A model generated the notes under the pieces. The model was not told the DNA's origin. It searched no databases and was given only the letters and a program-made list of their open reading frames with translations. Of a stretch of 64,000 bases of DNA, positions 1-10,303 are shown in pieces. The stretch spans positions 1,024,001-1,088,000 of the forward strand of contig CAWIAD010000001.1 in NCBI GenBank assembly GCA_963833985.1, given 5' to 3'. Positions within the stretch are counted from its first letter, which is position 1; the number at the start of each line of letters is the position of its first letter. Made by a program: the position numbers and the translations under genes. The DNA comes from an uncultured Planctomycetaceae bacterium. GTDB lineage: Bacteria > Planctomycetota > Planctomycetia > Isosphaerales > Isosphaeraceae.

Positions 1-2
1 TG

Positions 3-377
3 CTCTGGGAGCGCGGCAGGGCGACGGTTCGCGAGATTTACCAGGAAATGAAGCCGCGTGACGGCGAGGGTGAGCTGGCCTACACGACCGTGCTCAGCCT
101 GTTGCAGACGATGGAGCAGAAGGGGCTGGTCGGTCACGAGCAGGTGGGGAAGGCTTACCTGTACTTTCCGGTGGCCCAGCGCGATTTGACGTTTCGCCGT
201 CTCGCGGCCGGCTTCCTTGACCAGGTCTTCGACGGCGCGCTCAGCGAGTACGTCGCCCGCGCCTTGCAGTCGCGCCGGCCTTCACTGGCCGAACTCGAGG
301 AAATCGAGCTCATGATCAACGAGGCCAAGAAGCGGAGCCGTTCCCGGACCGAGATGAAGGAAGGAGAGACGCGATGA
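3..377 (+). CDS. BlaI/MecI/CopY family transcriptional repressor (5' end outside window)
   Basis: Frame is open from nt 3: LWERGRATVREIYQEM...LAYTTVLSLLQTMEQKGLV...GKAYLY, a typical BlaI winged helix. Stop overlaps the next start (ATGA at 374-377). Confidence 0.9.
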   Translation, partial: LWERGRATVREIYQEMKPRDGEGELAYTTVLSLLQTMEQKGLVGHEQVGKAYLYFPVAQRDLTFRRLAAGFLDQVFDGALSEYVARALQSRRPSLAELEEIELMINEAKKRSRSRTEMKEGETR

Positions 378-3300
378 ACAGTCCAATCATCGACGGTGTC
401 GGGCTCTGGCTGGCGAACCTGTTCGTCGTCTCCTCGGCCTGGCTTCTCCTGGCACTCGCCGCGGGTACGATTATTCGCCAGCCGGCGCGGCGGATGACGG
501 TGGCGTGGACCACGGTCCTTGGACTGACCCTGCTGGCAATGCTCGAGGCGGTTCCGAACCGGCCCCGGCTCATCTGGCGGACCGGCGCGCTCCCGGTCGC
601 CGCGCGTGACGTCGCAAAGCCGCCGGCGATTCCGGCCCAGGTCGCTCACCTCCCCGGTGCTTTGCTCGATCAAAATGATTCGCTGACGATGCCGCCCGTC
701 GCGGTATCGGCCAGCACCCCGCTGCCCGCGATCCCGCGGGGAACTGCTCGAGGGGCTCCTGTCGCGGGGCCAGCGGGCATGCTGGCCGTGCGGGGTTCCA
801 ACGCGCCCGGAGCGGCGGACAGGGACCCGTCCTGGACGGTTTGCGCGCTCGCCGTCTACGGTGCGGGAACCCTGTTCAGCTTCGCCTGGCTGCTCGTTGG
901 CGCAATCCAGGCCAGTCGAGTCTGCCGACGGAGTCGCCGGGCGCCCGAGTCACTGGATCGGCTGCTGCGGGAGTGCCTTCCCGAGGGGATCCGCGCACCG
1001 CACTTGCGGCTCAGCGGAGACATCGCCCAGCCGGCGGCACTCGGCGTCCTGCGGCCGATGATCCTGCTGCCGGAGCACTTCGCCGCGGCCGAGCCGCAGG
1101 AGCGTGTGCGGGCGGCGCTGGCTCATGAGCTGGCGCATCTGCGGAATGGTGATCTGGCGCTGCTGGCTCTGTGCCGGCTCCTGCTGCCGTTTTATCTCGG
1201 TCAACCGTTGTTCTGGCTGCTGCGCAGGCGGATCAGGCTGGACCAGGAACTGCTGGCCGACGCCGCGGCCGGTAAGCTTGATCGAACCGCCTACGCTGCA
1301 ACCTTGCTCGAATGGGCCAGGACCATGACCGTCCGCTCCGCGGGCCTCCACGCGGCCGCTCTGGGCCTCTGGGAACGGCCTTCCCAGTTGCGCCGGCGCA
1401 TCGCGTTCTTGCTGGAAGCCGCCCACGCCATCGAGCCGTGCTCTCCACGCCGCTGGCGCCTGGCCGCGTGGAGCGTGGGAGTTGTCCTGGTGCTGGGGCT
1501 CTCACTGGCTTCGATCCGGCCCATGGCCGGACAGCCGGCGCCAGTGTCCCCGGGCAGCGCACCGGCCGCGGCCAGCAGTGACTCCGTCGTGTTTCAGGGC
1601 CGCATCCTGGACCCCGACGGCAAGCCGTTCGCCGGCGCCCGGCTCTACCTCGACTTCTTCGTCTGGAGAGAATACCTGAAGCAGATCCCTCCGCGGCTCA
1701 GAGCCACTACCGGGACGGATGGACGGTTCCACTTCACCGTGGAGAAGTCGTACTTTGCGCGCCCTCCGGTCATCGAGCCCTGGCGGTGGGCGCACGTGGT
1801 GGCGATGGCCGATGGCTTTGGCATTGGCGTCTCCGACTCGAACGAGGCCGACTACGACCGCGACCTGACGATCCTCCTGCCGCGTGATGACACAACGATC
1901 GCGGGCCGGTTGCTCGACCTCCAGGGCCGGCCCGTTGCCGGCGTGGTCGTCCAGGCAGTCGAGGTGAGCGCCCCGGCGAGCGGCAGCCTCACTCCGTTCC
2001 TGAACGCGGCGCAACACTCGAAGGTCCGGATCTACGAGCTGAAAAACCAGTACGCCTCGAAAGTGGTCCGGTTCTTCCCGTACTGGCAGCCGATCGCTGC
2101 GGTGACGTCCGGGCAGGACGGCCGGTTCGTGATCAAAGGCATCGGCCGCGAGCGGCTGGTCGAGCTGGAGATCCGTGGCCCGACGGTCCGATGGACCAAC
2201 ATCAAGGTGATGACACGTTCCGGACCCCCCGCGGACATCGTCGACCTCTACCGCAAAAAAGACCCCTGGGTCGAGCGGCATTACGGAGCAAGCTTTGATC
2301 TGAGCCTGGCGCCCAGCCGGCCCTACGAGGGCGTTGTACGCGACCGCGATTCCGGAGCCCCTATCGCCGGCGTGAGGATCGAAAGCTACAAGCTCGCGGA
2401 CTCAGAGGTTTACAATTACACCGAAATCAAGACGCAGAGCGATCGCGAGGGACGCTTCCGGCTCACGGGCATGCCGGTGGGCGCGGGTAACGAGATCGTG
2501 CTGAACTCGCCCGAGGACCAGCCGTACCTGCTCGCTCAGTACAAAATGCCCGATCCCGGCGGTCTTGCGGCCGTGCACGTCGACATGACGATGAAACGCG
2601 GCGTGTGGTTCAAGGGCCGGGTATTCGACAAGAACTCAGGGAAAGCCCTCGAGGCCTCCGTTCGCTACTCGGCGGCCGCGTCCAACCCGCACCTCGGGGA
2701 GTTGCACGGGCTCGCGGACGTGCAGTTCAATGGCAACGACCGCGGCTGTTTCAGCACCAGGGAAGACGGTACCTATCAGGTGCCCGTGCTGCCGGGGCAA
2801 GGGTTGATCACGGTCAGGACGGGAAGCCGCGAGGAAGATTACATGGCCGAGGAGAACGCGGCATCGAAGCCGATCGAGGCGAACTACAAGCCCTACCCGT
2901 ACGGTCTGGGCTCGGCCTGGGCCGAGATCAAAGTGGACGACTCACCGGCCAGCCAGGCACACGACTTCGGGCTACGCCCGGTCGAGCACCGCACGATCAC
3001 CGGCGAGATCTTCGATCCGGAGGGCCATCCGCTCATCGGGGCCCGTTACAGCGGCATGTATGATATCCAGTACTGGTACCCCATCGAGCGGGGAAATCGC
3101 TTCGTCGTGGCCGACCTGACGCGCCCCAGACCGCGCACGCTCACCCGGTTGTTCCAGATTCGGGATCTCGATGCGCTCGGCTCGTTCTTCGTGCCGGAAG
3201 TCACTCGGCCCGTGATGATCATTCACAAGGACCGGCACCTGGCAGGCCACACCGAGGTCGGCTGGCACACGGCCGGGCCTGTGCAGGTGCGGCTGGTTCC

Positions 3301-3613
3301 CTGGGGCGCGGTGTTGGGCCGCGTAGTGGACGGCGACGGTCAGCCGCGGCCGAACTTCGGCATCCAGCCCAAGATCTTGCTCAAAGACCGCATCCGGAAC
3401 GATCGCATTGACCATGTGGAATCACGCGTCTTCACGGACGCGCAGGGGCGATTGCGGATCGAGGGAATGATTCCGGGCCTGGAGTACCGCCTCGTCTTCG
3501 AGAACGAGTCGGGGTCCGAGAGTGCTCAAGGTGTGGATATCTCTGCGCTGAAGCCCGGCGAGATGCGCGATCTTGGTTCCATCCGGGCCGACATCCCGGG
3601 CGAGCGGAATTGA
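374..3613 (+). CDS. M56 family (BlaR1-type) metallopeptidase sensor with C-terminal carboxypeptidase-regulatory-like beta-sandwich repeats
   Basis: N-terminal TM helices, AHELAH zinc motif, QELLAD, LRRRI, then repeated GR(V/I)xDxxGxPxAGA...DGRF units. Coupled to BlaI. Confidence 0.9.
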   Translation: MNSPIIDGVGLWLANLFVVSSAWLLLALAAGTIIRQPARRMTVAWTTVLGLTLLAMLEAVPNRPRLIWRTGALPVAARDVAKPPAIPAQVAHLPGALLDQNDSLTMPPVAVSASTPLPAIPRGTARGAPVAGPAGMLAVRGSNAPGAADRDPSWTVCALAVYGAGTLFSFAWLLVGAIQASRVCRRSRRAPESLDRLLRECLPEGIRAPHLRLSGDIAQPAALGVLRPMILLPEHFAAAEPQERVRAALAHELAHLRNGDLALLALCRLLLPFYLGQPLFWLLRRRIRLDQELLADAAAGKLDRTAYAATLLEWARTMTVRSAGLHAAALGLWERPSQLRRRIAFLLEAAHAIEPCSPRRWRLAAWSVGVVLVLGLSLASIRPMAGQPAPVSPGSAPAAASSDSVVFQGRILDPDGKPFAGARLYLDFFVWREYLKQIPPRLRATTGTDGRFHFTVEKSYFARPPVIEPWRWAHVVAMADGFGIGVSDSNEADYDRDLTILLPRDDTTIAGRLLDLQGRPVAGVVVQAVEVSAPASGSLTPFLNAAQHSKVRIYELKNQYASKVVRFFPYWQPIAAVTSGQDGRFVIKGIGRERLVELEIRGPTVRWTNIKVMTRSGPPADIVDLYRKKDPWVERHYGASFDLSLAPSRPYEGVVRDRDSGAPIAGVRIESYKLADSEVYNYTEIKTQSDREGRFRLTGMPVGAGNEIVLNSPEDQPYLLAQYKMPDPGGLAAVHVDMTMKRGVWFKGRVFDKNSGKALEASVRYSAAASNPHLGELHGLADVQFNGNDRGCFSTREDGTYQVPVLPGQGLITVRTGSREEDYMAEENAASKPIEANYKPYPYGLGSAWAEIKVDDSPASQAHDFGLRPVEHRTITGEIFDPEGHPLIGARYSGMYDIQYWYPIERGNRFVVADLTRPRPRTLTRLFQIRDLDALGSFFVPEVTRPVMIIHKDRHLAGHTEVGWHTAGPVQVRLVPWGAVLGRVVDGDGQPRPNFGIQPKILLKDRIRNDRIDHVESRVFTDAQGRLRIEGMIPGLEYRLVFENESGSESAQGVDISALKPGEMRDLGSIRADIPGERN

Positions 3614-3669
3614 GCGCACAAGATAAGAGCGGGGGCGGATCGTTTTCCATCGTGTCAAGGAGCTGCGGC

Positions 3670-6600
3670 GTGAGCCAGGCAATTGACGGGCTGGGATCGT
3701 GGCTGGCGGACCTGTACTTCTTCTCAACGGTCTTGCTGGTGCTGGCGGGTGCTCTGATCTTGTTGCTAGAACAGCCGGCGCGCAGGATGGCCGTCGCTCG
3801 CGCCACCCTCGCCGGGCTGTGCGTGATCGCGGTGCTTTCCGCCCTGCCGGCGTGGCCGCGGCTGGCGAAGCCGGGACCGCGAGCCTCGGCAACGGACCTT
3901 CCCACAAGCATGGCACCGCGCGAGGAGAGCATTCCCGGGTCCTCCGCGGCGATTCCCATGGATCGCAACCCGGCCATGCCGCACGTAGCCCGTTTTGGTC
4001 TCGCGGCCCAGCATGGGCAATCGCCCGCAGCCGCGCCAGCGGTCGAGCCGCGGGGCCGCCTGGAGGTGCGATCGCTTCCCACGCTCGGCACTCTGGCGGT
4101 CTGCGGGTTTCTCTTCGGGTGCTGGGCCACCGTGGCCTGGCTGGTGCTGGGCGCGGTCCGGGTGGGGCGGCTGCGCGCTGCGGCCCTGACAGCACCGGCA
4201 CGGCTCGAGGACCTGCTGGCTCGGCTCGCTGCAACTCAACAGAGCGTGCCCCCACTCCGTCTCAGCAATCGCATCAGCCTGCCGGCAGCCATCGGTGTGT
4301 TCCATCCCTGGATCGTGATTCCCGAGCGGTTCGCCGACACCGAGCCCGACGCACGGCTGGCGGCGGCGCTGGGGCATGAATGGGGGCATATCCAAAATGG
4401 CGACCTGCTCTGGCTGGCGATCGGCCGGCTGCTCTTGCCCCTGTTTTTCGCGCATCCGATCTACTGGTGGTTGCGGCAGCGGATCCGGCTCGACCAGGAA
4501 GTTCTGGCTGATGCCTCGGCCACGGAATGGAACGACCGTACGGCGTACGCGGAGATCCTGCTGGATTGGGCGCGTCAGACCGCGCTGTCGCCGACAGACC
4601 GGTTCGTCTCGGCTCTCGCGCTCTGGCAGCATCCCTCGCAGCTCCGGCGGCGGATCGCCGTGCTGCTGGACCCCGGGCTGCGTATTGAGCGCGGCTGTCC
4701 GCGAGGCTGGAAGCTGGGGACGTGGAGCGTCGCCATCGTCAGCGCCGTGCTGATGTCGCTTGCCACGCTTCATCCCGCGCCGGGACGGGCTGAACCCGAG
4801 CCGCCTGCCAGCAGCGGGCCGCAGCTGCAGCCGGCTTCCGCAGCCGACCAGGTGGTGTTCCAGGGGCGCGTGGTCGATCCGGAAGGGAAGCCCTACACCG
4901 GTGCGAAAGTCTATCTCGGTTATTACTGGGAGACGCAGGATGAGAAACCGGCTGTCCTCCGCGCCACCAGCGAACTCGACGGCCGTTTCAAGTTTGCCGT
5001 CGAAAAATCGTTGTTTCAACACATCCAGAGTCGCGACCTCGAACCCTGGAACGAGGCTCGATTGCTTGCCGTCGCGCCGGGGTTTGGCCTGGCACTCTCC
5101 GACTCCCAGGAGCCGGATGCCAGCCACCACGCGACCCTGAAGCTGGCGCATGACGATGTGCCGATCACGGGCCGACTGCTTGACCTCGAAGGCCAGCCGG
5201 TCGCAGAAGCACTTGTCCGCGTCCGTACGATCCATGCGTCTCCCTCGGGAGCTCTGAACGCGTGGATCGCCGGAGCCAGGGAAGGAAAGAAGGTGAGCTA
5301 CGAACTCGATCAGATCCATCTACCGGTCGAGGTCTACATGGGTCCGAACCCCTGTCCGGTTCCTGAGACCCGGACCGACGAACAAGGCCGGTTTCGACTC
5401 GAAGGCATCGGCCGAGACCGGCTCGCGGAGCTCACCATCCGGGGAGACCGGGTACTGCAAATGTCGGTCAAGGTCCTGACGCGAGCGGGCGAAGCGATGC
5501 GTGTTCGCCACGAGGTGAACCGGCCGAACCCCACCTTCGAGACCTACCATTCGGCGCAGTTCGAAATGAGCGTCGCGCCCGGACGGGTGATCGAAGGTAC
5601 GGTGCGGGCCGAGGATGATGGTCAGCCCCTCGCGCACGCAACCGTGACTGTCGTGCACCGGCGAGTGTGCGCGAGTCGCGATACGCTCTTTGTGCGAGGT
5701 AAGACGGATGAGACCGGGCATTTTCGGCTGGTCGGCATGCCCATCGAAGCCGGTACCATGATCTCCGTTTTTCCCCAGGAGCAGCCCTATTTCGGAAGGA
5801 CCGTGAAAACCGAGGCCGGCGCTCGCGGTGCGGTCCTGAGACTGGACTTTCGCCTGACGCGGGGAATCGTGGTCGCGGGCAAGGTGACCGACAAGGTCAC
5901 CGGCAAGCCAGTCTTCGGCGGCGTTCGCTACGCCGCTGCCGCCGACAACCCGCATATCGACGAGGTCAACGGTTTTCGCGCGCTCACTGATGACGAGCCC
6001 TACGCAATCGCACGCGAGATCGCCGCCGACGGCTCGTTCCGGCTGCCCGTGTTGCCCGGTCGAGGCGTCGTGATGGTCCACGACATTGGACCGGGGTATC
6101 CCGGCCTCAACCATAACGAACTGCAAGCGTTCCGGTCGATACCGTACCTGCCGGCGTACGGTCCGGTCCAGGCGTACCAGACGGTCACCGTGAGCCCAGG
6201 CTCGCCGCCTATTCACCTCGATTTCACTGTTGACCCGGGAAAGACACTCTCCGGAACTGTCCTCGACCCCGATGGCCAGCCTGTCATGGGCATTGAAGTC
6301 TTCGGAACGCTGGTCGGGGTAGGCTGGACCCAGCTCGAAAAGACGGCAAACTTCACCGTCCACGGCCTCCGCCCCGCGTCCGGCAGATCGGTCTCGAAGC
6401 TGATCGAAAACCGTAGTCCCGAGGGGATCGCGGCGTTCATCCAGCCCGAGCCTCCCCGTACGCTCGTCTTCCATCTTCAGGCCAGACACCTCGCGGCCGC
6501 GGTCGCGGTTCGCTCGAGCGATCCCGAACCGCTCCGCGTGCGGCTTCGGCCCGAAGCCACGGTCACGGGCCGCCTCGTAGACGCGGATGGCCAACCTCCA

Positions 6601-6828
6601 TCCGACAAGATGTTCCAGGTCTATTACCTGGGATTCGATTTGCTGGATGATTATATATTTTTGCCCAGATTCGTTCGAAACGCCGATCAGGACGGCCGGT
6701 TCAAGATCGAGGGCCTGGCCCCTGGCCTTCGGCTGCGGCTCTGGCCCGGAGACGCCGTCGATCGATCTCGGACCTTCTCACCGCTGAGGCCCGGTGAATC
6801 GCGTGATCTGGGTGACATCAAGTTCTAG
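3670..6828 (+). CDS. second M56 family metallopeptidase sensor, tandem paralog of 374-3613
   Basis: GHEWGH motif, QEVLAD and the same domain order. GTG start at 3670 follows AAGGAG (3657-3662) and aligns with the paralog N-terminus (IDGxGxWLA). Confidence 0.88.
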   Translation: MSQAIDGLGSWLADLYFFSTVLLVLAGALILLLEQPARRMAVARATLAGLCVIAVLSALPAWPRLAKPGPRASATDLPTSMAPREESIPGSSAAIPMDRNPAMPHVARFGLAAQHGQSPAAAPAVEPRGRLEVRSLPTLGTLAVCGFLFGCWATVAWLVLGAVRVGRLRAAALTAPARLEDLLARLAATQQSVPPLRLSNRISLPAAIGVFHPWIVIPERFADTEPDARLAAALGHEWGHIQNGDLLWLAIGRLLLPLFFAHPIYWWLRQRIRLDQEVLADASATEWNDRTAYAEILLDWARQTALSPTDRFVSALALWQHPSQLRRRIAVLLDPGLRIERGCPRGWKLGTWSVAIVSAVLMSLATLHPAPGRAEPEPPASSGPQLQPASAADQVVFQGRVVDPEGKPYTGAKVYLGYYWETQDEKPAVLRATSELDGRFKFAVEKSLFQHIQSRDLEPWNEARLLAVAPGFGLALSDSQEPDASHHATLKLAHDDVPITGRLLDLEGQPVAEALVRVRTIHASPSGALNAWIAGAREGKKVSYELDQIHLPVEVYMGPNPCPVPETRTDEQGRFRLEGIGRDRLAELTIRGDRVLQMSVKVLTRAGEAMRVRHEVNRPNPTFETYHSAQFEMSVAPGRVIEGTVRAEDDGQPLAHATVTVVHRRVCASRDTLFVRGKTDETGHFRLVGMPIEAGTMISVFPQEQPYFGRTVKTEAGARGAVLRLDFRLTRGIVVAGKVTDKVTGKPVFGGVRYAAAADNPHIDEVNGFRALTDDEPYAIAREIAADGSFRLPVLPGRGVVMVHDIGPGYPGLNHNELQAFRSIPYLPAYGPVQAYQTVTVSPGSPPIHLDFTVDPGKTLSGTVLDPDGQPVMGIEVFGTLVGVGWTQLEKTANFTVHGLRPASGRSVSKLIENRSPEGIAAFIQPEPPRTLVFHLQARHLAAAVAVRSSDPEPLRVRLRPEATVTGRLVDADGQPPSDKMFQVYYLGFDLLDDYIFLPRFVRNADQDGRFKIEGLAPGLRLRLWPGDAVDRSRTFSPLRPGESRDLGDIKF

Positions 6829-6850
6829 GGCTCCGAAGAGGCCGATCGTC

Positions 6851-8250
6851 ATGAATTCCTCGATGCAGCTCGCCCCAGGCGGCGACCCCTGGTCGTGCTA
6901 CCAGCCTGATGCATCGTGTCCCTGGAACCTGCGCCGGGTCGTGCATCTGCACCGCCGCGCCGCATTGGGCGCAAACTGGCCGCAGATCAAGAGCGACCTC
7001 GCCGACGGGCCGGAAACGAGCATCGACCGGCTGCTCGAAGGGAAACTCAAGCCCGCAGGTGCCCCGTCGCCGGAAGAGTTTGAGCGCACCTCGACACTGC
7101 TGGCCGACTCGGCCATCGCAGCCCGCGATCCGGGACGGCTCAAGGCGTGGTGGTTCTACCGCATGCTGTTCTCGCCCGACCCGCTCGGCGAGCGCCTGAC
7201 CTTGATGTGGCACAACCACTTCGCGACCGGCAATCTGAAGGTGCAGGACGTGGCGCTCATGCAACGCCAGAACGCGACCTTCCGACGGCTGGCGCGCGCC
7301 CCTTTTGGTGAACTGCTGACCGCCGCCCTCCACGACCCGGCGCTGCTGATCTACCTGGACGCACCGGCCAACCGCATGGGGCATCCCAATGAGAACCTGG
7401 CGCGGGAGATGATGGAACTCTTCACGATGAGCCTGGGCCACTATTCCGAGACCGACGTCCAGGAGGTCGCGCGGCGCTCACCGGCTGGACGGTCACCGAT
7501 GGGGCTTTCCAGGAGGTGTCCGCACGGCACGACGCCGAATCCAAGACGATCCTCGGCAAGACGGGCCGCTGGAACGGGTCGGACGTCGCTCGCATCATCC
7601 TCGAGCAACCCGCGACGGCGTACCGCGTGGCGTGGCGAATCTGCGACACGCTGATGGGTGAAGGGGCCATCGAGCCGGCTGCGATCCGATCGCTGGGCGA
7701 CTGGCTGCGCGATCATGGCCTGGATGTCGGCGGTTGTGTCTCAATAGTCCTTCGCTCGCGCGCCTTTTTCGCCGAGGCGAACATGAACTCACGCGTGAGC
7801 GAGTCGGTCGAGTTCGTCGTTTCACCCGTACACGCGCTCGAACTGCTCGACCCGCCGCCAAGCACGCTGGTGCTGGCCGACTGGTGTACCCGGCTGGGCC
7901 AGGACCTGTTCGACCCGCCCAACGTTGGAGGCTGGCCGGGCGGACGGAGCTGGCTGTCGGCCCGGTCGCTGATTAGCCGGGCCAGCTACGCCTCTGCGCT
8001 GACGTCAGGCGAAGGAATCGGCCGCGAGCGGCCCGTCGAGCCGGGTGCGCTGGCGCGGCGGTATGGGCACGGATCTCATCGTCGAGAGTACCTGATGTTC
8101 TTGACGCAGCTCTTGCTCGGGCTGGAGCCTTCCGACACCTGGCTCGAGCGACTGGAACAGACGCTCGGAGTCTCGGCGGCCTGGACCGAGGATCTGGCGC
8201 GGCGGGCCGTCGCGCAGATACTCGCGGCGCCCGAGGGTCAGCTTGGCTGA
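6851..8250 (+). CDS. DUF1800 family protein (frameshift near 7473, probable sequencing error)
   Basis: ERLTLMWHNHFAT, PNENLAREMMELFT, LGQDLFDPPNVGGW. Restoring one G gives EVARALTGW and joins ORFs 6794..7654 and 7516..8250. Confidence 0.88.
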
Positions 8251-8305
8251 ATGAGTTTTCTCACATCATTGTACCCGTGGCCTGTTTGCCGACAGGAGAG
8301 GAACC

Positions 8306-9541
8306 ATGCCGACTCGCCGCACGTTGTTGCAAGCCGGTCTGAAAAGCTCGGCGCTGCTGGCTTTCAGCCCGGCGGTGCCGGAGTTCCTGGCGCGGACGGC
8401 CCGCGCCGCAGGTCCCGAGCGCGATGGGCGGGTCCTCGTCATCATCCAGCTCGACGGCGGCAATGACGCGATCAACACGCTGGTTCCTTTCACGGACCCT
8501 GGTTACGGGCGCGCCCGCAAGGTGCTCCGGCTCGACAGGCGACGGCTGATCCGGATCAATGACGAGGTCGGGCTTCATCCGGCCATGCGAGACCTGGGCA
8601 CGCTGCTGGAACGTGGGCAGCTCGCGCTTGTCCCGGGCGTCTCCTATCCCAACCCGAACCGTTCACACTTCGAGAGCATGGCCGTCTGGCAGACCGCTCG
8701 GCTTGATGCCGAACCCAACACCGGACCGGGCTGGATCGGCCGCGCCCTGGATGCTGTGGCAAATCCACCCATTGACGCACCCGCGGGTGCTCCTTCGCTC
8801 TACGTGGGCGATGGCGTGCCTCCCGTGGCCCTTCGCGGCCGGCGTGCGGCGTGCGCGTCGCTGGCACACGCAGAGGATCTGCGCTTGCCGGATGGATTCG
8901 CGCCCTCCCTCGTCAGGACACCTTTGACCATCAAGGCCGAGCCGGAAGGAAGCCTGAACGCCTTCGTTCGCCGTAGCGTGCTCGATGCGTACGTGGCGGC
9001 CGAGCGCGTTTCAGAGCTCGTCGCTCCGACGGCGAATGTCTCGATCGACAGCTATCCCGATGAAATGCTGGGAGAGCGGCTGCGGACCATCGCGCAACTG
9101 CTCAAGGCGGGCCTGGGTGCGCGCGTCTTCTACACCATGCAGCCAGGCTACGACACGCACGCCGGGCAGCTGGAAACGCACGACCGGCTGCTGCGAATCT
9201 TATCCTCGGCGCTGAAGGCTTTCTTCGACGACCTCACCGCCGCGAAGCTGGCTGACCGCGTGCTGGTGCTTGGCTTCAGCGAGTTCGGACGCCGTGTCGC
9301 CGAGAACAGCTCGGCGGGGACCGATCACGGCACGGCCGGCCTGGTCTTGCTGGCGGGGCAGGGGGTGCGCCCGGGAGTCCATGGGAAGGTCCCCAGCCTT
9401 CTCGACCTGCCGGACGGCGACCCGCGCTGGTCTGTGGACTTCCGCCAGGTTTACGCCACGGTGCTGGAACAATGGCTTGGCATGCCCGCGAAGTCTGCAC
9501 TCGGCGGAGACTTCGAGAGGTTGCCCTTGCTTCGCGTCTGA
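8306..9541 (+). CDS. DUF1501 family protein with Tat-like signal
   Basis: TRRTLLQ twin-arginine N-terminus, QLDGGND, NRSHF, YDTH, SEFGRR, GTDHG. Usual partner of DUF1800. Confidence 0.92.
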   Translation: MPTRRTLLQAGLKSSALLAFSPAVPEFLARTARAAGPERDGRVLVIIQLDGGNDAINTLVPFTDPGYGRARKVLRLDRRRLIRINDEVGLHPAMRDLGTLLERGQLALVPGVSYPNPNRSHFESMAVWQTARLDAEPNTGPGWIGRALDAVANPPIDAPAGAPSLYVGDGVPPVALRGRRAACASLAHAEDLRLPDGFAPSLVRTPLTIKAEPEGSLNAFVRRSVLDAYVAAERVSELVAPTANVSIDSYPDEMLGERLRTIAQLLKAGLGARVFYTMQPGYDTHAGQLETHDRLLRILSSALKAFFDDLTAAKLADRVLVLGFSEFGRRVAENSSAGTDHGTAGLVLLAGQGVRPGVHGKVPSLLDLPDGDPRWSVDFRQVYATVLEQWLGMPAKSALGGDFERLPLLRV

Positions 9542-9549
9542 GCAACCCG

Positions 9550-10269
9550 TCAGGCCCCGGCACCGCCCTCAGCGGGCGACAGGAACGACGCGTGCTCGGG
9601 TGTGGCCAGACCCTGGCGCAGGACGTCCAGCACCCTGGCCATGTCTCCTCCGAGCAGAGCCCTCGTATCCAGCCAAAGACCCGGGAAGACCTGGCTGCAA
9701 CAGCGGCCGCCTTCGCCCGCCACGAGCCGGACGAAGGCACCGTCACGTTGTACAAACCAGTCGATCTCGGCGTCGAGCACGCGCCAGACGATGTACTCGC
9801 GCACTCCACTCCGCCGGTACACTTGCAGCTTGGCGTTCAGGTCGATGCTGACGCTGCTACTGGCGATCTCCACCACTAGCTCTGGAGCGCCTTCCACGTA
9901 ATCGTCCGCGGTGATGCGCGCCTGACCGCCGCGCTGCGGGTCGATCATCAGCAGCGCATCGGGCTGGGGCTCATTGTCGAGGTCGAGACGGGTGCTCGCG
10001 TTGTCGGCCGCCATGACTCCGGGTGTGCTCGCCTCGTACGTCAGAAGCCAGCCGCTGATCTGAATGTGAGGACGTCCGTGCTGGCGCAATCGTACCGGCG
10101 AAGGCATGTAAACCACTCCCTCGATGAGCTCGGCCTTCTTCACGTCGGTCATCGCCTCGTAGCGGCGCTCGAATTCCATGCGGGTGAGCCAATCTCCGTT
10201 TTCGAGCGGCGGAATCTGGGCACCAAGAGGTTGCTCACCCGGTGGCATTGGCTTCACGACTGTCGCCAC
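9550..10269 (-). CDS. Uma2 family (PD-(D/E)XK) endonuclease
   Basis: LENGD...EFERRY, ELIEGVVYM, EPQPD, PELVVEIA, GVREYIVW. GTG at 10269 follows GGAG. Confidence 0.9.
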   Translation of the reverse strand: MATVVKPMPPGEQPLGAQIPPLENGDWLTRMEFERRYEAMTDVKKAELIEGVVYMPSPVRLRQHGRPHIQISGWLLTYEASTPGVMAADNASTRLDLDNEPQPDALLMIDPQRGGQARITADDYVEGAPELVVEIASSSVSIDLNAKLQVYRRSGVREYIVWRVLDAEIDWFVQRDGAFVRLVAGEGGRCCSQVFPGLWLDTRALLGGDMARVLDVLRQGLATPEHASFLSPAEGGAGA

Positions 10270-10303
10270 GGTAGGTCTCCGGTTCGTCACAGTCACCCGG
10301 CAA

